Shown in pieces: positions 12,945 to 27,001 of a stretch of 64,000 bases of DNA. Within the stretch, counting starts at the first letter, position 1. Each line of letters begins with the position of its first letter. The DNA is taken from positions 15,750,001 to 15,814,000 of the forward strand of contig NC_045697.1 in the NCBI RefSeq assembly GCF_009834535.1. The letters run 5' to 3'. A model generated the notes under the pieces. It made no database searches. It was not told where the DNA came from and was given only the letters and a program-made list of their open reading frames with translations. This stretch comes from Camelus ferus. Taxonomy: Eukaryota. A program made the position numbers and the translations under genes.

Positions 12945-14903
12945 GCTACCTTCTGAGAAGTGAATCAAATTGTTTTCTAAAACTTTTGTGTAGAACCTTA
13001 AAATAGGCCCTAAAATAAGAAATTTGAAAATGACAACTCCACATTTCTAGTATTTAATTTTTATTCATGAAATAAAGTTGAAATATGACTAATTTTGCTT
13101 ATTTGAATTTTCTCATTTGATGCTAGAAACATTCTAGATTAGAACTAACTAGCATAAGTTCTCAAACTCATTATTTTTGGCTGTGGTTAGGACAGACTTT
13201 TATGAAGGTAAAGCCTTTAATTATAGAATTCTAGGAGGTCAGGCATAGTAGCTGTGGTTTAATTAAGTAAGGTTTTTTGGCATTAGGAAAGAAGAAGGAA
13301 AAAAGGATGAAAAGAAAATGGAAAAGTAGGAGAGAAGGAAAAAGAATAATAGGAGCAGATTGAGGGTAGAAAGAAGAAGAGACCGTCACTTTGATAGATT
13401 AATTCTTCCCTGGTGATGTGACTGTCAGAGGCACATCATGTAGAATTATCACAGATTTTAAAGTCAGAGTCAAACAGAACTCTACTAAGTCTGTGTTCTG
13501 CATGGGCGAGTCTTTTAAAAAATATATATTTTTTTTCTTTTTTAGATTTTAGGGCACTGACAGAAAGGAGTCAAATCTTTGGCATCTATTTCCAAGATTT
13601 ACATATTCAGCTCTACTGACGTTTACCTAAATGTTTTATTTTCTTCCCTCCCTTTAAACAAATTTTATTTGAGCTTGCCTAGCAGGAATCCAAGTTTAGC
13701 AATAAAAACATCAGCTAAGCAAATAACCAAATAAAGATTAGACAATTTGTTTGGAAATTTAAAAACTAGGGCAGTAGCTTAATATTCTAATTATGAACAA
13801 TTATATAATTTAGAGCATTTTGTTTTTTCAATCATGTGTACGTAAACTAATTATATGAACTAATCTGCTAAATAAGATTAATTATGATTTCTGGAACATT
13901 AATTTAAGTGATTGTCCAAAGAATGACATTCTCCAAAGAGTCCATTTCTTTATATAACTCTTTTAAGAAAGGAAAATGTCTTAGACTATATAAATTTACT
14001 TAATATTAGAATTGTAGTTACTAGCTACTTGAAATGACTTTGAAATAATATATTCCCAAGCTTTGCTTTAAATAGGTGCATTGACTTGTTTTTTTCCTTG
14101 TCTTTTTTGGACAAGTGGCTTTACTTGTTCATAATAGGAAATCATACATTTATTTAAAAGAAAATCTCTATTGAAAATGACATGTTTGGAGGTTCACAAA
14201 GAGCAGAGTGCTAAGGTCAGCCCTTAGGGCGTGCGCATTTTGGAATGTATAAATGATTAATTTACAAAGCAATGGGTAAAGTCAGGTTATGTACAATACA
14301 CATATTTAAAAATTATAGACAAAGTAAGATTGTTACTGAGACTATCCCTCATACCTTACAGGTTTTTAGAAAATAAAATTTGAGGCTTCAGGGAAATAAC
14401 TCAGGATAATAATAGGGTTATGAACCTTATTATAATTTTTTAAGCTTACAATTTGACTCAAATTTTCAGTGCAATATATCTTGTAGACCATGAAATTAAT
14501 TTTTCTTCCTTTTTACTTCTTGTAGGCATGAAAGAGTGTCTAGTTAGAAATTAGTGCTTCTTGCTGAAGGATGAAGGATGAAGGAAGACATAATGCTGGA
14601 TATGTATTAGCTAATTTCATCTTTACAAAAACTACTGATATAAATAGAGCAAGGGTTCTTTTCTATGTTATAGGTTCTGAAGGATCCCCAATCCCCTTTT
14701 AAGTTATTAGTGCATCCTATGGCATGCTTATTGTCTTACCTGTTATGTAATTAAAGTTAGCTACTCTGACGTTGACATCTGAATTAGGGTATTTATGTGT
14801 GTGTTTTTTTACTAATTTTTGCATTTGTTTTACTTAAGCGATTTACTCTGGCATCATGAACCCAGCTTTCTAAGGTTTGATTTCCATCTGAAGATTCAGG
14901 GAC

Positions 14904-15012
14904 TGTTATGGACCGAATTGTGTCCCTAAATGCGTAATCTCCAATGTGACTATATTTGGAGATAGAGCCTTTAAAGAGCTAGTAAAGGTCAAATGAGATC
15001 AAAATGAGTTGC
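14904..15012 (+). mobile_element. MaLR LTR 5' fragment (MLT1A/B-like)
   Basis: tgttatggaccgaattgtgtccc...ccaatgtgactatatttggagatagagcctttaaagag. Confidence 0.75.
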
Positions 15013-15024
15013 CTGTGTTTTTAT

Positions 15025-15570
15025 TAGGTACCTGGGTCTGTCCCTAATTTCAGACCACTTTAAATTAATTTCTTAGCCTTTTTTGGAGCATGTAGGGAGT
15101 TTTGAATTGGAACCCCAAATCCATTTGAGGACTGCTTCCGTTCACAGATTCTCAGAAGAAATATCTTCTTAGCTTTTTCCTTCCTGGAAGGCCAAAAATA
15201 GTTTCCCAGTTATATCCCTTTGCAGGGCTGCTGTTTTTCTGTTCAGTCTCTCATTCAAGGCACAACCTGTGAGACTCTTGGCTTAATCAGCATCTCTACT
15301 CTAATTCCCTATTTTGTGTAGGCCCAAGACTTTCTCTCAGCCATTAAAACCCAAGGCTCTTGCTGTTTAGAACCAGTGTCCTTGGGCAGCTGCCAGCTTT
15401 AGTGCTGCTCACGAGTCCAAATTCATCGTGGGCTCCTTCACTTCTGAATACTCTCTTATCCTCTTGTGAGCTTAGCTATGCATTTAAAATAATTTTTGTA
15501 AAGTTTTATTCAGTATTTACTGTGGGACATTTTACAGGATATGTAGCCTGCAGTGTTGTTGAAAGTAGAA
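15025..15570 (-). mobile_element. Ancient L1ME/HAL1-like 5' region
   Basis: Degenerate motifs (gaaccccaaatccat..gagg, aaaacccaaggctc, gctatgcatttaaaa, gcctgcagtgttgttgaaagtagaa) resembling antisense L1ME 5' ends. Confidence 0.45.
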
Positions 15571-15599
15571 TTCCCATTTTAAATATCTTAAACTGTATC

Positions 15600-16120
15600 T
15601 CCTTTTTCTTGTCATCTGTTTCTGTGTAACAAATATTCCAAAGTTGGCGATTTGTAAAAACTACTAGTTTATTGTGCTCATATGTGGGTCAGGAGTTTGG
15701 GCAGGGCTCAGCTGAGTGCTTCGTATACCCTGTGTGGTACCACCTGGCTTCACTCGATAGTTTTCAGCAGAAGGCTAACCTGGTCTGGAGGGTCCAAGGA
15801 AGGTTTTATGAACATGTCTGGTACCTTGGTGGGGACAGATGGAAGTCTGGGCTCAGCTAATTTGTTCTGTCTCTCCATGTGGTCTCAGGGCCCACCTTCA
15901 TAATTTCCCGAGTAGAGCCATCAGACTTCTTACATGGTAGCTCAGGGCACCAAGATCTAGTGTTCCAAGAGACCAAGAAGTAGAAACTGCCAATCTCTAG
16001 GTCTGGAAATGAGCACATTGTCACTTTGACCACATTCTGTTGGTCAGTCTAGAGCCACCCAGATTTAGTTGTCTATGGAAGGGGTGTCAAAGAATCAGTG
16101 GCTTGATTCAGTTTCCCACA
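15600..16120 (-). mobile_element. MaLR solo LTR (MLT1G/H-like)
   Basis: gtgtaacaaatattccaaa...gtgggtcaggagtttgggcagggctcagctg...ctggtctggagggtccaag...gacttcttacatggtagctcagggc...tttcccaca. Confidence 0.8.
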
Positions 16121-17889
16121 TTACTGGATTAAATCCTTAAGCCTTTCTTGATTTATTCCACCATTTCTACGTATTTTTGTTGCTGCAGAAATTAGATTTA
16201 ACTGGCACGTTTCGAGCTCTCGGGGAATTGATATACTCAATCACCAGTCTCCTTTGTCATATCATGGTGTTGTTGCTTCTTTTACTTGGATAATATATTC
16301 AGTTTGTGAAATGGTTCACCTAATTTACATGGATATGATAGGCTATCAAGTTTTCTAAATAATTGACATTATGTTACTCACATAAACCCGATTAAAAGAA
16401 ATGATTGTTTTTATCAGCATGAAATTTTAAAATATTTTTTAGTTTTGTTGGTGTTGATAGGTATAAAAGGAGCCCATTTTGCAACAAATCTCTGCAGTTG
16501 ATATTTAATTTCCACTAAGTAGAAAAAAGTTGGAACATTATCTAAGGGATATTCCAATAAACATTTTGGAAAGATAGATTGTGCTTTAATAAAAGAAATA
16601 TAAATTAAGGTATTTCAGGAGTATTTGCTTATCTTTATTTTCATGTTATTAGAACAACATTTGAATATAGTGTTTCCACACTTCACTGGGTCCAGCCGGA
16701 GCCCATGAACAGGGAAGACTAACTATCCTGTTGTGCGTAGGTAGCCTTTTAAGAATCAGGGTTCCAATTTATAGGTTAGACAGGTGTCAGGGAGCAAAAT
16801 ATGGGTTACAATGTACAGGGATGACATTCTGTGATGGAAGAAAATTTGCGGCTGGATTACCTAACACTTTTCCCTTTTAAATACTGCCTTTGACTAATTC
16901 AAGAAATAGAACTTTCCTGGGTATCAAATAATTCTTATAAACTAAATAAGCAAAGCTTATAAATAGTGTGACCCTAATGTCTTAGATGAGCTCTAACTTC
17001 AGAGGATTACTTTTTAAAATCGCAGGACTAAATTATTTAAAGAGCCATTTCAAATTAGTCAAAAGGCTATCACTCCATTAGACCGAGTCCTCCCTTAGCA
17101 TAAGCAGTATCAGACGGGCACAGCTTCTGTCTCATCAAGAAAATACTAACCCTAAAGGTCTGGTTTTCTTAAGCATTTCTGGGCTTAATTCTAAACCTTC
17201 TCAGGTTGGAAAAACCATTACTTCACTAAGGAAGACAGTTATTATAACTCATCAGTGACTTCACTAAAAGATATTTATGGCGGAAGAATGCTGTTACTCT
17301 GATGTGATGATTTCTTGAACCCAGTTTTTGTTTGTTACATTAATGGTGTCATAACTCTAAGATGATCAGTTAGCTCATTATGACAGATTCAAGTTACATC
17401 CATGATCTAATTCTTCAATTTCCTAGCAGTCCTTTCACTCAAGTTGGTGAACTTCAAGTTAAGTAAATGTCTTTCTCCACCTAACCTTAAAGACCTTGCA
17501 CTTGATGGGATCCTGAGAAGAACTTTAAATCCTTTGGGCCTGATGGCTCTTGCATTTTTTTTCATTCTTAGAACCATAAAACTCTTTGAAATACTAATAT
17601 ACATATATAACTTATCTATTATGTCATTATACATTATGTATTATTAATGTAAAAGTATACATACGCAATTTAAATTGAATATTTCATGTCTAATTTAAGG
17701 TCACAACCTATGGTATCATTCTACTCATATTCCCTTTGAGTCAGAAAATCCATTTACCTGAAGTATTTACATTTTTCTTTCCTGTACTCTTTAACAGTGC
17801 AATAAATTAGTCAATAAAGCCAGCATGATCAAATAATAAGACTCAACACTTTAAGTTAGCTTTTCTCTTTTGTACAAAATTAGATACTG

Positions 17890-18180
17890 ACAGTTTTTCA
17901 GGTTTAATGCGTGTCAATTGACCAGAGCCATTATCCTCCTTTTGGTGCTCAAATTGTCTCAAGTACACTTTAAATTGGTTCCTGTGGTCTTTTGACTTAA
18001 CACCATTAATCTTCGAACGCTTCGTAGCTTTCTGACACAACTAGATGCCCCAGTTTCACACGAAACCTTCCAGCCTGAACGTGGAATCAGCTTTTTTTTC
18101 CGAGAGACCCCATGCTCCTTGGCACAGAGCACATAATGACCTTGCTCCTGGGCATGTCAGTGGACAGGGCTGAAAATGAC
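17890..18180 (-). mobile_element. L1MC4/5-like 3'UTR fragment
   Basis: ttttggtgctcaaattgtctc...ttcctgtggtcttttgac...gctttctgacacaactagatg...tggaatcagc. Confidence 0.65.
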
Positions 18181-18207
18181 ATCTTTCTCCAACAGAATGG
18201 CCCGAAT

Positions 18208-18398
18208 TCTTTTTTTCAGCTTTGTTGAGGTAAAATTGACAAACAAATTGTATATGACTAAGGTATACAAGTTAATGTTTTGATATCTATACACATTGTG
18301 ACACAGTGACCACAATCAAGTTGATTAACATACTCAGCACCTCACAGTCACCGTTTTCTTTCTCTCTCTCTCTCTCTTTTTTTTTTTTTGTGGTGAGT
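18208..18398 (-). mobile_element. L1MA-like 3' terminal fragment
   Basis: cagctttgttgaggtaaaattgacaaac...atacacattgtga...ccacaatcaagttgattaacat...cacctcacagt. Confidence 0.8.
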
Positions 18399-18492
18399 AT
18401 GCTGTACCCAGTGAAGTTTCCCGAGGTCTCGTTCCCTGCTCCTGTCCTACTCTAGTTACTCCACTAAGTGACACTCTTGGAGATAATAGAAT

Positions 18493-18507
18493 AACAACAA
18501 CAACAGC

Positions 18508-18547
<40 letters not shown>
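18493..18547. repeat. (AAC)n trinucleotide microsatellite
   Basis: About 18 AAC units with one AGC interruption. Confidence 0.97.
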
Positions 18548-20205
18548 GACTGCTCTATTTCCCCAAAGAGCACTACCTCATGGCGTGCTCTGCTCCATTT
18601 TTGCCATTTAATATACGTATAAAGCAGAGAAGCCATACAAGTGCAACAAGTTCCACTGGCTGGAGGGGTCCCTTAGTCACTTAGAAAATGACTATGATTT
18701 TTCTATCCAGGGGGATATGCCCATGTCCTGGTTATTCTGTACCTGCTCTTTGGATACCCAAAACTTTTCAAATAATATGAATGTCAAGAATAACTTGCTC
18801 TGGAACTAGGTTCCTTGCTGGGGATTGTAGACTTAGATCAAGGTTCTCATATTATAGGCCATGATTTCCGTATATATGTGAAATCCCAAATACCAAGTAT
18901 CAATCTATTTTTTTCCTACCCTTGGCACTCTGACAAAGTAGAGAAGGGAAACTCTGATGTTAAGGGAACACTAAATATTCTCAGTGAATGTGGGAACAAG
19001 TGGCCTGGACTGTCCAGTGATCAAGATGGACACATGAGCTGCAATTCTGTACTCTGGGGAACTCAGGTCACCGAAATTATCCTGAACGACGCATAAAGGT
19101 TCCAGCTCATATTCTGACTGTTTCTCTCCAAAGAGGAGAACCTATTTCTGGAGAACATGGAAGTGTCACTCACAAAGCCTTGTTCTGACTGTGAGCCTTA
19201 TCTGCACATGCGTGTGCTACCAGGTCAGTGATGCATTTATTCCACAGCAGCATGGGGTCTTTCCAGCTGGAGACGAGACCTGGGTAAAGGCATTCTGGAC
19301 TGAAAGTACCTTGCACCTGGATGGACTGGGCCCTGTGAAATTCTCTTCGCTATCCCTGCAGTTGAACTGTGCTTGAGATCACCCTTGTATATCCACGCAT
19401 CTCAGTGTGAACCTCTGCATTGTAAACAAGAGACTTGTGAACGCTAGCTCTTCACTATGTCAAAATGACCATGAAAACAAGGCAAATTTCTTTAAATCAC
19501 AGACAACACTTAAAATTTGGAAAGCCTGGAAAGAGACTCCTAGTTTTTACCACTTTGTGTCAGCCTCATACTTAAAATAGGAAAAGGCAATCATCTTGGG
19601 GCATTTGCCTCTGGCTGAGGGAAGACACAACAAGGTCTCAAAGATTCGGGAGATGATGGATGAGTAACCTTAGGACCACTCCTGAGAGCTAAAAACCACT
19701 TGGTTATTCTGTGGCTGCCAGTAGGATGCTCTCCTTCCTTGGCTCTATTGTGTTTATGACCCTCAAGGGGCATTTAGAGATAATGAACAATTACAAGCTT
19801 TGGAAATGCAGATTTATAGCCTGATAAATGTCCGAGTAAAAACTGGCGGGTCTGTTTATCCCGAGAGGGGCATATGATGTGGAACTCACCCCCTCCACAA
19901 TCAACAGAAATGCTTGCCACATGTTCTAAAAGTTAAAAACAAAATCTCAATTATTAAAGAAATCCTTGATTTTTATACACTCTGCACAAATAACTGTATT
20001 CCCTTAGAAAGCCTCAATATTTTACCAGATAGAATACTAGAAAGGCCTTTCAAAGCCCATCTTTCTTTCCCCTGCTGAACATCAAAGTGCCTCATCTTCC
20101 CTGTCTGACCAGCAAGAGGCCCTTTCCCTCTTTGCTGACTGCAAGGCAGTGTTGGAGGGGGTCTTCAGACAGAAATGAAGACCTTTTTCTGTGTCGAGCT
20201 ACAAG

Positions 20206-20708
20206 TGTCGAGTGAAATAAAAGCACAACCTAAAAGTTGAGGGTCATGTTTTTGGCGGATTTCCTTAGGACTCGAGCCAGGGACACAGCATCTCAGACCG
20301 CTCTAAGAGGCTGTTCCAGAGTGGCAAGGTAGAAGCCAGGGTATATGAGTTTTTGCAACAAAGACCAGCTGGTCAGAACATCAAAAGATTATTATTAATT
20401 GAAGAAAACTAGATAGCTCAAGTGAAGGAATTTAGCGCTTTTCTATGTATGGGAAGGTGCAAAGGTCTGGGCTCATTGAAATCATTCCTTTGATATGCAC
20501 CTGGCTATCTAGGGCCAGTATCTTGTTCTTTTACATCCTGAGTTCCCTCAGGATGCACTGTTGCAGGTCGTTGCAGAGGCTGGGCTGCCTGCTTGTCTGT
20601 ATCTGGAGTTCCCTCTGCTCACTATCAGGGGTGGCCGTAGCGGCTGATGACTTGATGACCACAGCATTCTTTGTTTACTGAAATGGCTGGCAATATTTTT
20701 CATTCACA
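20206..20708 (-). mobile_element. ERV1 solo LTR (artiodactyl MER41-like)
   Basis: TG...CA termini and a perfect 4-bp TSD caag (20202-20205, 20709-20712); body motifs gcacaacctaaaagttgag, gaacatcaaaagatta, ctatgtatgggaag, ctgggctcattgaaatcattcctttgatatgcacct. Confidence 0.85.
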
Positions 20709-21729
20709 CAAGCATGTGGTGGTCTCTGGTCACAGGGTGGTGAGACCTCTTCTTCCTTCCAAAAATGTAATTATTTTAAGTAGGCACATCTTATATTAAA
20801 ATCATGAGGTGTGGTTTTCTTTGTTATAGCACTTGTCTCCAACAATAGTTAATGTCTTCTTTTTTCCATCTCCCGTCTGTAGCCATCACACTCCCCTCTG
20901 GCTTATAGATTTCACCTCTCAACTCCTCCCTTTCTGCCTCCTCCTCTTTTATCTCTGGCTGAGATAGTTTTTTTCTTCTCCTTCCCAATTTCCCTCCTAG
21001 CCTTTGGTTATGTCAATCACCATCAATTCTCTTCCCTCCATCTAACACCGTATCAGCGCCGCCTTCCCTTTCCCAGGTTGGCTTTAAACAAGATTCTCTG
21101 CTTGAGGTTCTTCGGACCACCTATTTTCAGACAACTTGGGCTGCAGACCAGTGTAAGAACTCTTTATGGTTAAAACTTCTGAGGAGTGTTTTTCCCTTTT
21201 GCTAAAGGGACAGACTTCAGACAAGCAATTTTCCTTCTAGAATCCTCGAGGATATGGAATGAAAATTTTATTTCATTTTATTTTGAGGATGAAGCCCTTT
21301 GGGATTCTAGCTGTGGAAGTGAGTATTTCCTATGACTTTCTTTACAGCCCTGGGCCTAGTTTCCTATACCTGTAAGGCTGTGACAAACCAAGGATTCAGT
21401 GAATGTTCTTACATCTAAGGCTGGCTCAAGTTCCAGTGCTCTCTGAGTGTCTACCTTCTTTCTGCCTCTGGTCACAGTGTTACTTACTTTCCATCCAGTG
21501 CTTTGATGCTTGGAAGATGATTTAAAAAAATCTATCATCTTGAGTTTTCAGTTGGTTTCAGAGGAAGGGTCAGTTAGTGGCTCTTATTACTCACTTGCCT
21601 GCCAAAATTGCCATATTACCAGACACAGTTCAGGACAAGATTTTCTGAGAGTTGAACCAGACTCTTGTCCTATAAGAAACCCATGTCTTTTTTTATTAAT
21701 TGCTACACTTTATTTGCCATCATTTTATT

Positions 21730-23345
21730 TGGGGTTTTTGCATGTGTGTGCATATGTGAGATTTGTCTGCAGTTGACCTTTCTCGCATTGCCCTTGCCTA
21801 GTATTTGTGTCAAGGTTGTATTAGCTTCACAGGATGCCTTGGAAATTGTTTCTACTTTTTCTGTTCTTTCATGGAATTTGTGTAAAATTGAAATGAACAT
21901 TGGATTTGATAGATGATTATTGTAAAACTGACATAATGCTTCTTTGTGGAAAGATTTTAAATAAGTGATTTTATTTATTGGTTTTAGGATCATTTAGGTT
22001 TACTGTTTCTTTTTCAGTCAGCTCTGGTAGTTCAATTTTTTTTTTTAAGTTTGGCTTCTCACTTAAGTTTTAAAATTTATTAGTCAAGAATTTTTAAAAC
22101 CTTGGTGTGTTTTCTTCCATACTGCATTTGTAGTTGTATCCTCTTTTAAATTTCTAGTATTATTTATTTATCCTTTCTCCTCCTCAGCAATCTTTTCAGT
22201 GGTCTGTCTTTTTATTAACCTCTTCATGTAACTTACTTTTGGCCAAGTTGAATGTCACTATTATATATTTGTTTTCTATTTTATTAATTTCTTTTCCTAT
22301 CTTTATTTTCTTTTTCTTAAAAAAAATCCTTTTGGGTTTATTATAGTTCTTTCTTTACTTTCTTATTTTGGATGCTTAAAGCCTAGTTTTTAAGTTCTCT
22401 GTTTTTCTAATACACATACATTTGGGACTATACATTCCCCTCTACAAACCACTTCAGCTGTATCCGTCAACTTTTGATAGTTGGTGGTAGTTCTTTTAAA
22501 TGTTTATTCATTTCCGTTATGATTTCTTTTTGTTCTTGTGGATTTTATCTTAATTATATTCTGGTCAACTAATGTGGTTTTATGTTACTGGTTATTAAAA
22601 AATGATTTTATTTGCTTTATGATTTAGTACATGTGGATTTATGTAAGCATTTCATGTCTTCCCCAATTGTTAAGTATAATGTTTTATATGTATCCACTGG
22701 TTCAAGCTTGCTAATTGTATTGTTTAAATGTCCTCTATTCATGCAGTTTTTTGTTTTGTTCTGTTTTGTTTTGCCTACCTAAGCTGTTGTAGGGGAGGAA
22801 ACCATCTTTTCCTTCTACCCTTCTTAGGTTTATTGGCTGGGGCTCTGTAAATTAGGCCAATGGAATAGAGATTAATAAGAGAAAAACAAACAAAAGTTTA
22901 TTAGCATGTGCATTGTACATACACTTGAGAGCTTTCGGAGATGTATACCTTCAAAGGGTGGTTTAGAATTAGTAGGGGGAAAATAGGGGGAGAAGGGGCA
23001 CTTCTGGAATAGCAAATGATTTTTTGGAAAGATAAATGGGCTCTTAAGAGAATGAATAGAAATATGATAGTTTGTAACTGTCTTGGTGTGGGGCTGCTCT
23101 CTCGCTCCAAGAAGAGAAGACTAAGAGTTACTCTGGGAAAGGGATTTACGACAATTGAGCTCTTTTGGGAAGCTCTGCTTTTAGACATCCAAGGGATTTA
23201 AGAAATTCAAATGCCTTTAGCACAAAATAATTCTTATGTCAAAGTGTCATATTTTGGGGTGGCAAATCCTGACCCCTTTACTATCAATTGTTGAGAGAGA
23301 TGTCTTAAAATCTCTCACTGTGACGGTGTACTTGTCACTTTTGTA
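21730..23345 (-). mobile_element. Old, degraded L1 ORF2 segment interrupted by an LTR
   Basis: T-rich antisense ORF2 motifs (tcaaggttgtattagcttcacag, ttcaagcttgctaattgtattgtttaaa); resumes with ctatcaattgttgagagag...aaatctctcactgtga after 23280. Confidence 0.75.
22788..23280 (-). mobile_element. ERV1 solo LTR (MER34/MER39-like)
   Basis: tgtaggggaggaaa..ttcct.ctacccttcttagg...gattaataagagaaaa...caaaataattcttatgtcaaagtgtcatattttggggtggc; near-TSD ctgt/ctat. Confidence 0.82.
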
Positions 23346-23892
23346 AGGCATTTGTAAATCTTCTTTTAAAAAAGATTTTTTAAATCCTTATTTTTTCCAA
23401 CTACTATAGTAACACAGAATTGTTAGAAAAACTCCAAACAATACAGAAATAAAGAAAAATTAGGAAGGAATATCCCTGGTATTTCCACATAATCATTATT
23501 AACCATTTGGTGTATAATTTTTCCATAATGTCTTCAAGGTGTGTCCAAGTTTGTGTGCATGTATATGTGAAATTCCTGGAAAGTGTTTTAATTGGGCGAC
23601 TACACTGGGAAGATGTTTTAAAAGGAATGGTTATTACCACCATCTCATAGACAAAGGTAATTTTAAAACAATAAAATGTAATCAAGATGTCAGCTGGGTT
23701 CTCCCAGTCCCTTGAGGACTAGATTAATCTAATTTAAACTCATCCTCAAAGCCATATGGAAAACTACTTCTTTAGCCTAGATTTCTTTGAATTCCCAGAT
23801 AGCCTATGTTCTCATAGTTATTTCTTCCTCTAAATATGTCCTCTTTCTGTTCTGTTCACAGTCAACCCAAGGTAAAACCCAGTTTCTTCCAA

Positions 23893-23918
23893 AACAACAA
23901 CAACAACAACAACAACAA
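23893..23918. repeat. (AAC)n microsatellite
   Basis: About 8 perfect AAC units. Confidence 0.95.
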
Positions 23919-26028
23919 TCTACTCATGCCATTGGTGAGTGCAGTAGGCAAAACTGAAGACTGTGACTAGTGTAGGTGGTTTGGTTACAGCAGAGATAGT
24001 GGAAGGAAACAGAGAAAGAGTTTACATGGCAGAGAAGTGAAGATACCAAATGGAACACTAGATAGCACAACCCTGACCAAGTTCTTTAGCCTCCCTGCCT
24101 CTTCCCTCCCCCCACTTCTGAGAATCTTTTATCTTGCTAACCTCCTGCTTTCCTCTTATTTCTCTGCCCCAATTTTGCTTCTTATTCCTCTCTCAAGTGA
24201 TTAATATTTCTCCTCATTTCATGCAGAATAATTTAACATTCAGCTCTTTTAAGGCTTGGTCTTGGTCTAACATCCATCCCTTTGGTTCTTAACTGTCACA
24301 AGATATTTCCTCAAGCAAAGGCAGTTTATTCACTAAGAAGAGTTCTGGAAATATCCGTTAAGATAGTAAATCTTTTCCACTTCTTTGCAGAAGGAGGGAT
24401 TTACTCTTAGGATAAAGAACAGTTCTTTATTTCAACAACAGCTATTTATTTCAAATAAATTTAACTTTATGATAAGCTTATGATGCAATCCTTCTCTGAT
24501 TATGAGGACAAAGTGGCAAAAATTTCACAACGGACTGAAACCACTTATTCATTTAGATATTTGTTCATCAGAATAAATTGAGCATCTCCAATCTGTTGAG
24601 AGTAGTTATTGAATAGGTCCTTGCGAACCACTGGGATGACCTATCTACAGAGCTTGGTCAACACTATGACCTTGTGCCTCGCAGCTTGTGGTGCTCTGTT
24701 GTTAGATCTCTTTGAAAATATAAGGCTTCGAAATGCAGATAATAGAACCACATCCAGATAACAGAAGTAACATCTGGTTGAGGTCAGGAAGCAGAAGGAT
24801 GAAACATTCCCTTATTTGGGGGAATTGTAAAATATTGATACTGTCTAAGCTATATTGTTTCTGGCTAGTTTTTGCCAAGGACTGTATCCAATATTTGCTG
24901 CCACAGGGGAGAGCTTTGAATGATCACGACTGTTGTCTTATTGTGGTCCTACTCATTCACAATGATTGTCCCCTTAGTTTCAAATGTTACAGACCATTTC
25001 CTTATAAGTGATGTCAATAGGGTGGGTATTCTTTATGTCTTGAGGGTGAAAGATAATGAAGGAGAAGAATAGGAGCGTTAATAAAGGGAGAAAGATTAGG
25101 AGCAGTAATGAAGAGAGCAAGAGAACATAATAGAGGTGATGAGGAAGAGAAAGGTAATTAAAAAAGTGAACAGTGAAAGGGCTGCTTCCCATAAGACCAT
25201 GTTCCTCACTCATCTCGCCCTTCATGCCTGAGCAGCATGCCCTCATCCCGAGGCCATGGCACTCCCATTTCAAGCGCTCTCCTTTCTCTTGCGCTCATAC
25301 TTTCTGCTGGTGGCTTGCACTGCAGACATACTTTGACAGGGCTGTTGTCTCCTCTGAAATGTTCTCTTGCAGTCTGCTTCTGGTACATTTTTGTTTTTAG
25401 CATCTAGAATCCTTTGACATCTAGTATCCTATTGAGGTAGAAACACTGGAAAATTTAGTTTTTCTATTTTCAAAAGACAGGGCTTCCCACTCCAACCACG
25501 GAGTCTCATAGTGAGCCCTAATGCTGAGTCACAGACCAATTGTTCCAGAAACACAAAGGTTTGCTCATCCACACCTTTTCTCTGGAGTTGGTTGTGGACC
25601 ACACTTGGCCCTATGAGAGGAAGGTGAGGTTAAAATTGTGCTATTGGAAAGGACTGATGAGGAGTTTTTAAATAAGAATAATGTGTGACATGATAATGGT
25701 ATCAGGCCAGAAAATTGCTGTGTAAGAAAATGCACAGACTGTACAATAAAGCAAAGATTAGATACTAACATGTACCTACAAAATGGTTTCAAATACGTGA
25801 TCTAATTCAAGTCTTCAAATGGATGAGTTGTGTTGTGTGGAGGACATGTTTTGTGTCAATTTGGCCAAGTTGGAGCTATGTTTCTGGAATTTCCTTCCCT
25901 GTATGTGGCCCTACATGGGCCACAAGAGACTTACATTTTTATTTTATTTTTAATTGTGGTTATAAATACATAACTTTAAATTTACCATCTTAAACTTTAT
26001 GAAGTGTACAGTTCAGCACTGGTAAATA

Positions 26029-26510
26029 CAGATCTTTCCCCACTTAAAAATGGGGTTATGTCCCCATAAGCCCTATTCTAAGTCGAAAATGCATTTAATA
26101 CACCCAACCTAATGAACATCACAGCTTAGCCTAGCCTTCCTTAAACGTGCTCAGAACACTGACCTTAGCCTATAGTTGGGCAAAATCATCTAACATAGAG
26201 CCTATTTTGTTATAAAGTGTTGAATAGCTCATGTAATGTACTGAAACTACTATTGTACTGAAAGTGAGAACCGGAATGTTTGTGTGGGCACAGCATGATT
26301 GGAAGAGCATCGGTTGTTTATTCTCATGATCGTGGCTGATGGGGGGCTTCAGCTACTGCTGCCCGGAGTCATGAGAGAGGATCATAAGGCATATCCCAGC
26401 CCAGGGAAAGATCAAAGTCAAAATTCAGATGTGGGATCTGCTGAATGCATATCACTTTCACACTGTCATAAAGTTGAAAAATCATTAAGTCAAGCCAGTG
26501 GGACCGTCTA
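26029..26510. mobile_element. TcMar-Tigger non-autonomous element (MER47B/Tigger5-like)
   Basis: TA target sites (26027-28, 26511-12), cagat...gggaccgtct termini, and diagnostic gaaaatgcatttaatacacc..gcttagcctagcc..ccttaaacgtgctcagaacact. Confidence 0.9.
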
Positions 26511-27001
26511 TATATTCACCTTGTTGTGTAGCAGATCTCTAGAACTTTATCCTCTTGCAAAACTGAAGCTCTAGGCCCATTAAACACTAATCTCCCCACT
26601 CCCCACCCTCAGTCCTTGGCAATTACCTGTCTACGTTCTTTTTCTATGAATTTGGTTACTTTAGGCACCTTGGATGAGTGGAATCATGCAGTATTTGTTC
26701 TTCTGTGACTGACTTAGTTCACTTAGCATAATGTCCTTGAGATTCATCCATGTTGTAGCATGTGATAGCATTTTCTTTTTTAAGAGTGCATAATGTTCCC
26801 TTGTATGTATATGACACATTTCTTTATCTGCTCATATATTGATGGACACTTGGGTTGCTTCTGCCTCTTGGCTATTGTGAATAGTGCTGCAATCAACATG
26901 TGTGTGCAACTATTTTTTTGCGAACTTGCTTTTGATTTTTTTTTTTTTTGATATATACCCAGAAATGGGATTGCTGGATCATATAGTAGTTCTATTTTTA
27001 A

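Noticed and set aside
14479..14533. Direct repeat tcttgtag(ac/g)catgaaa flanking a T-rich spacer, as a tail-only retroinsertion or strong splice acceptor
   Set aside because: The repeat end does not fit L1 endonuclease geometry and no good donor follows; probably a small local duplication.
18334..18636. Poly-valine ORF (or poly-Q/N on the other strand)
   Set aside because: It is a translation of an (AAC)n microsatellite plus an L1 fragment.
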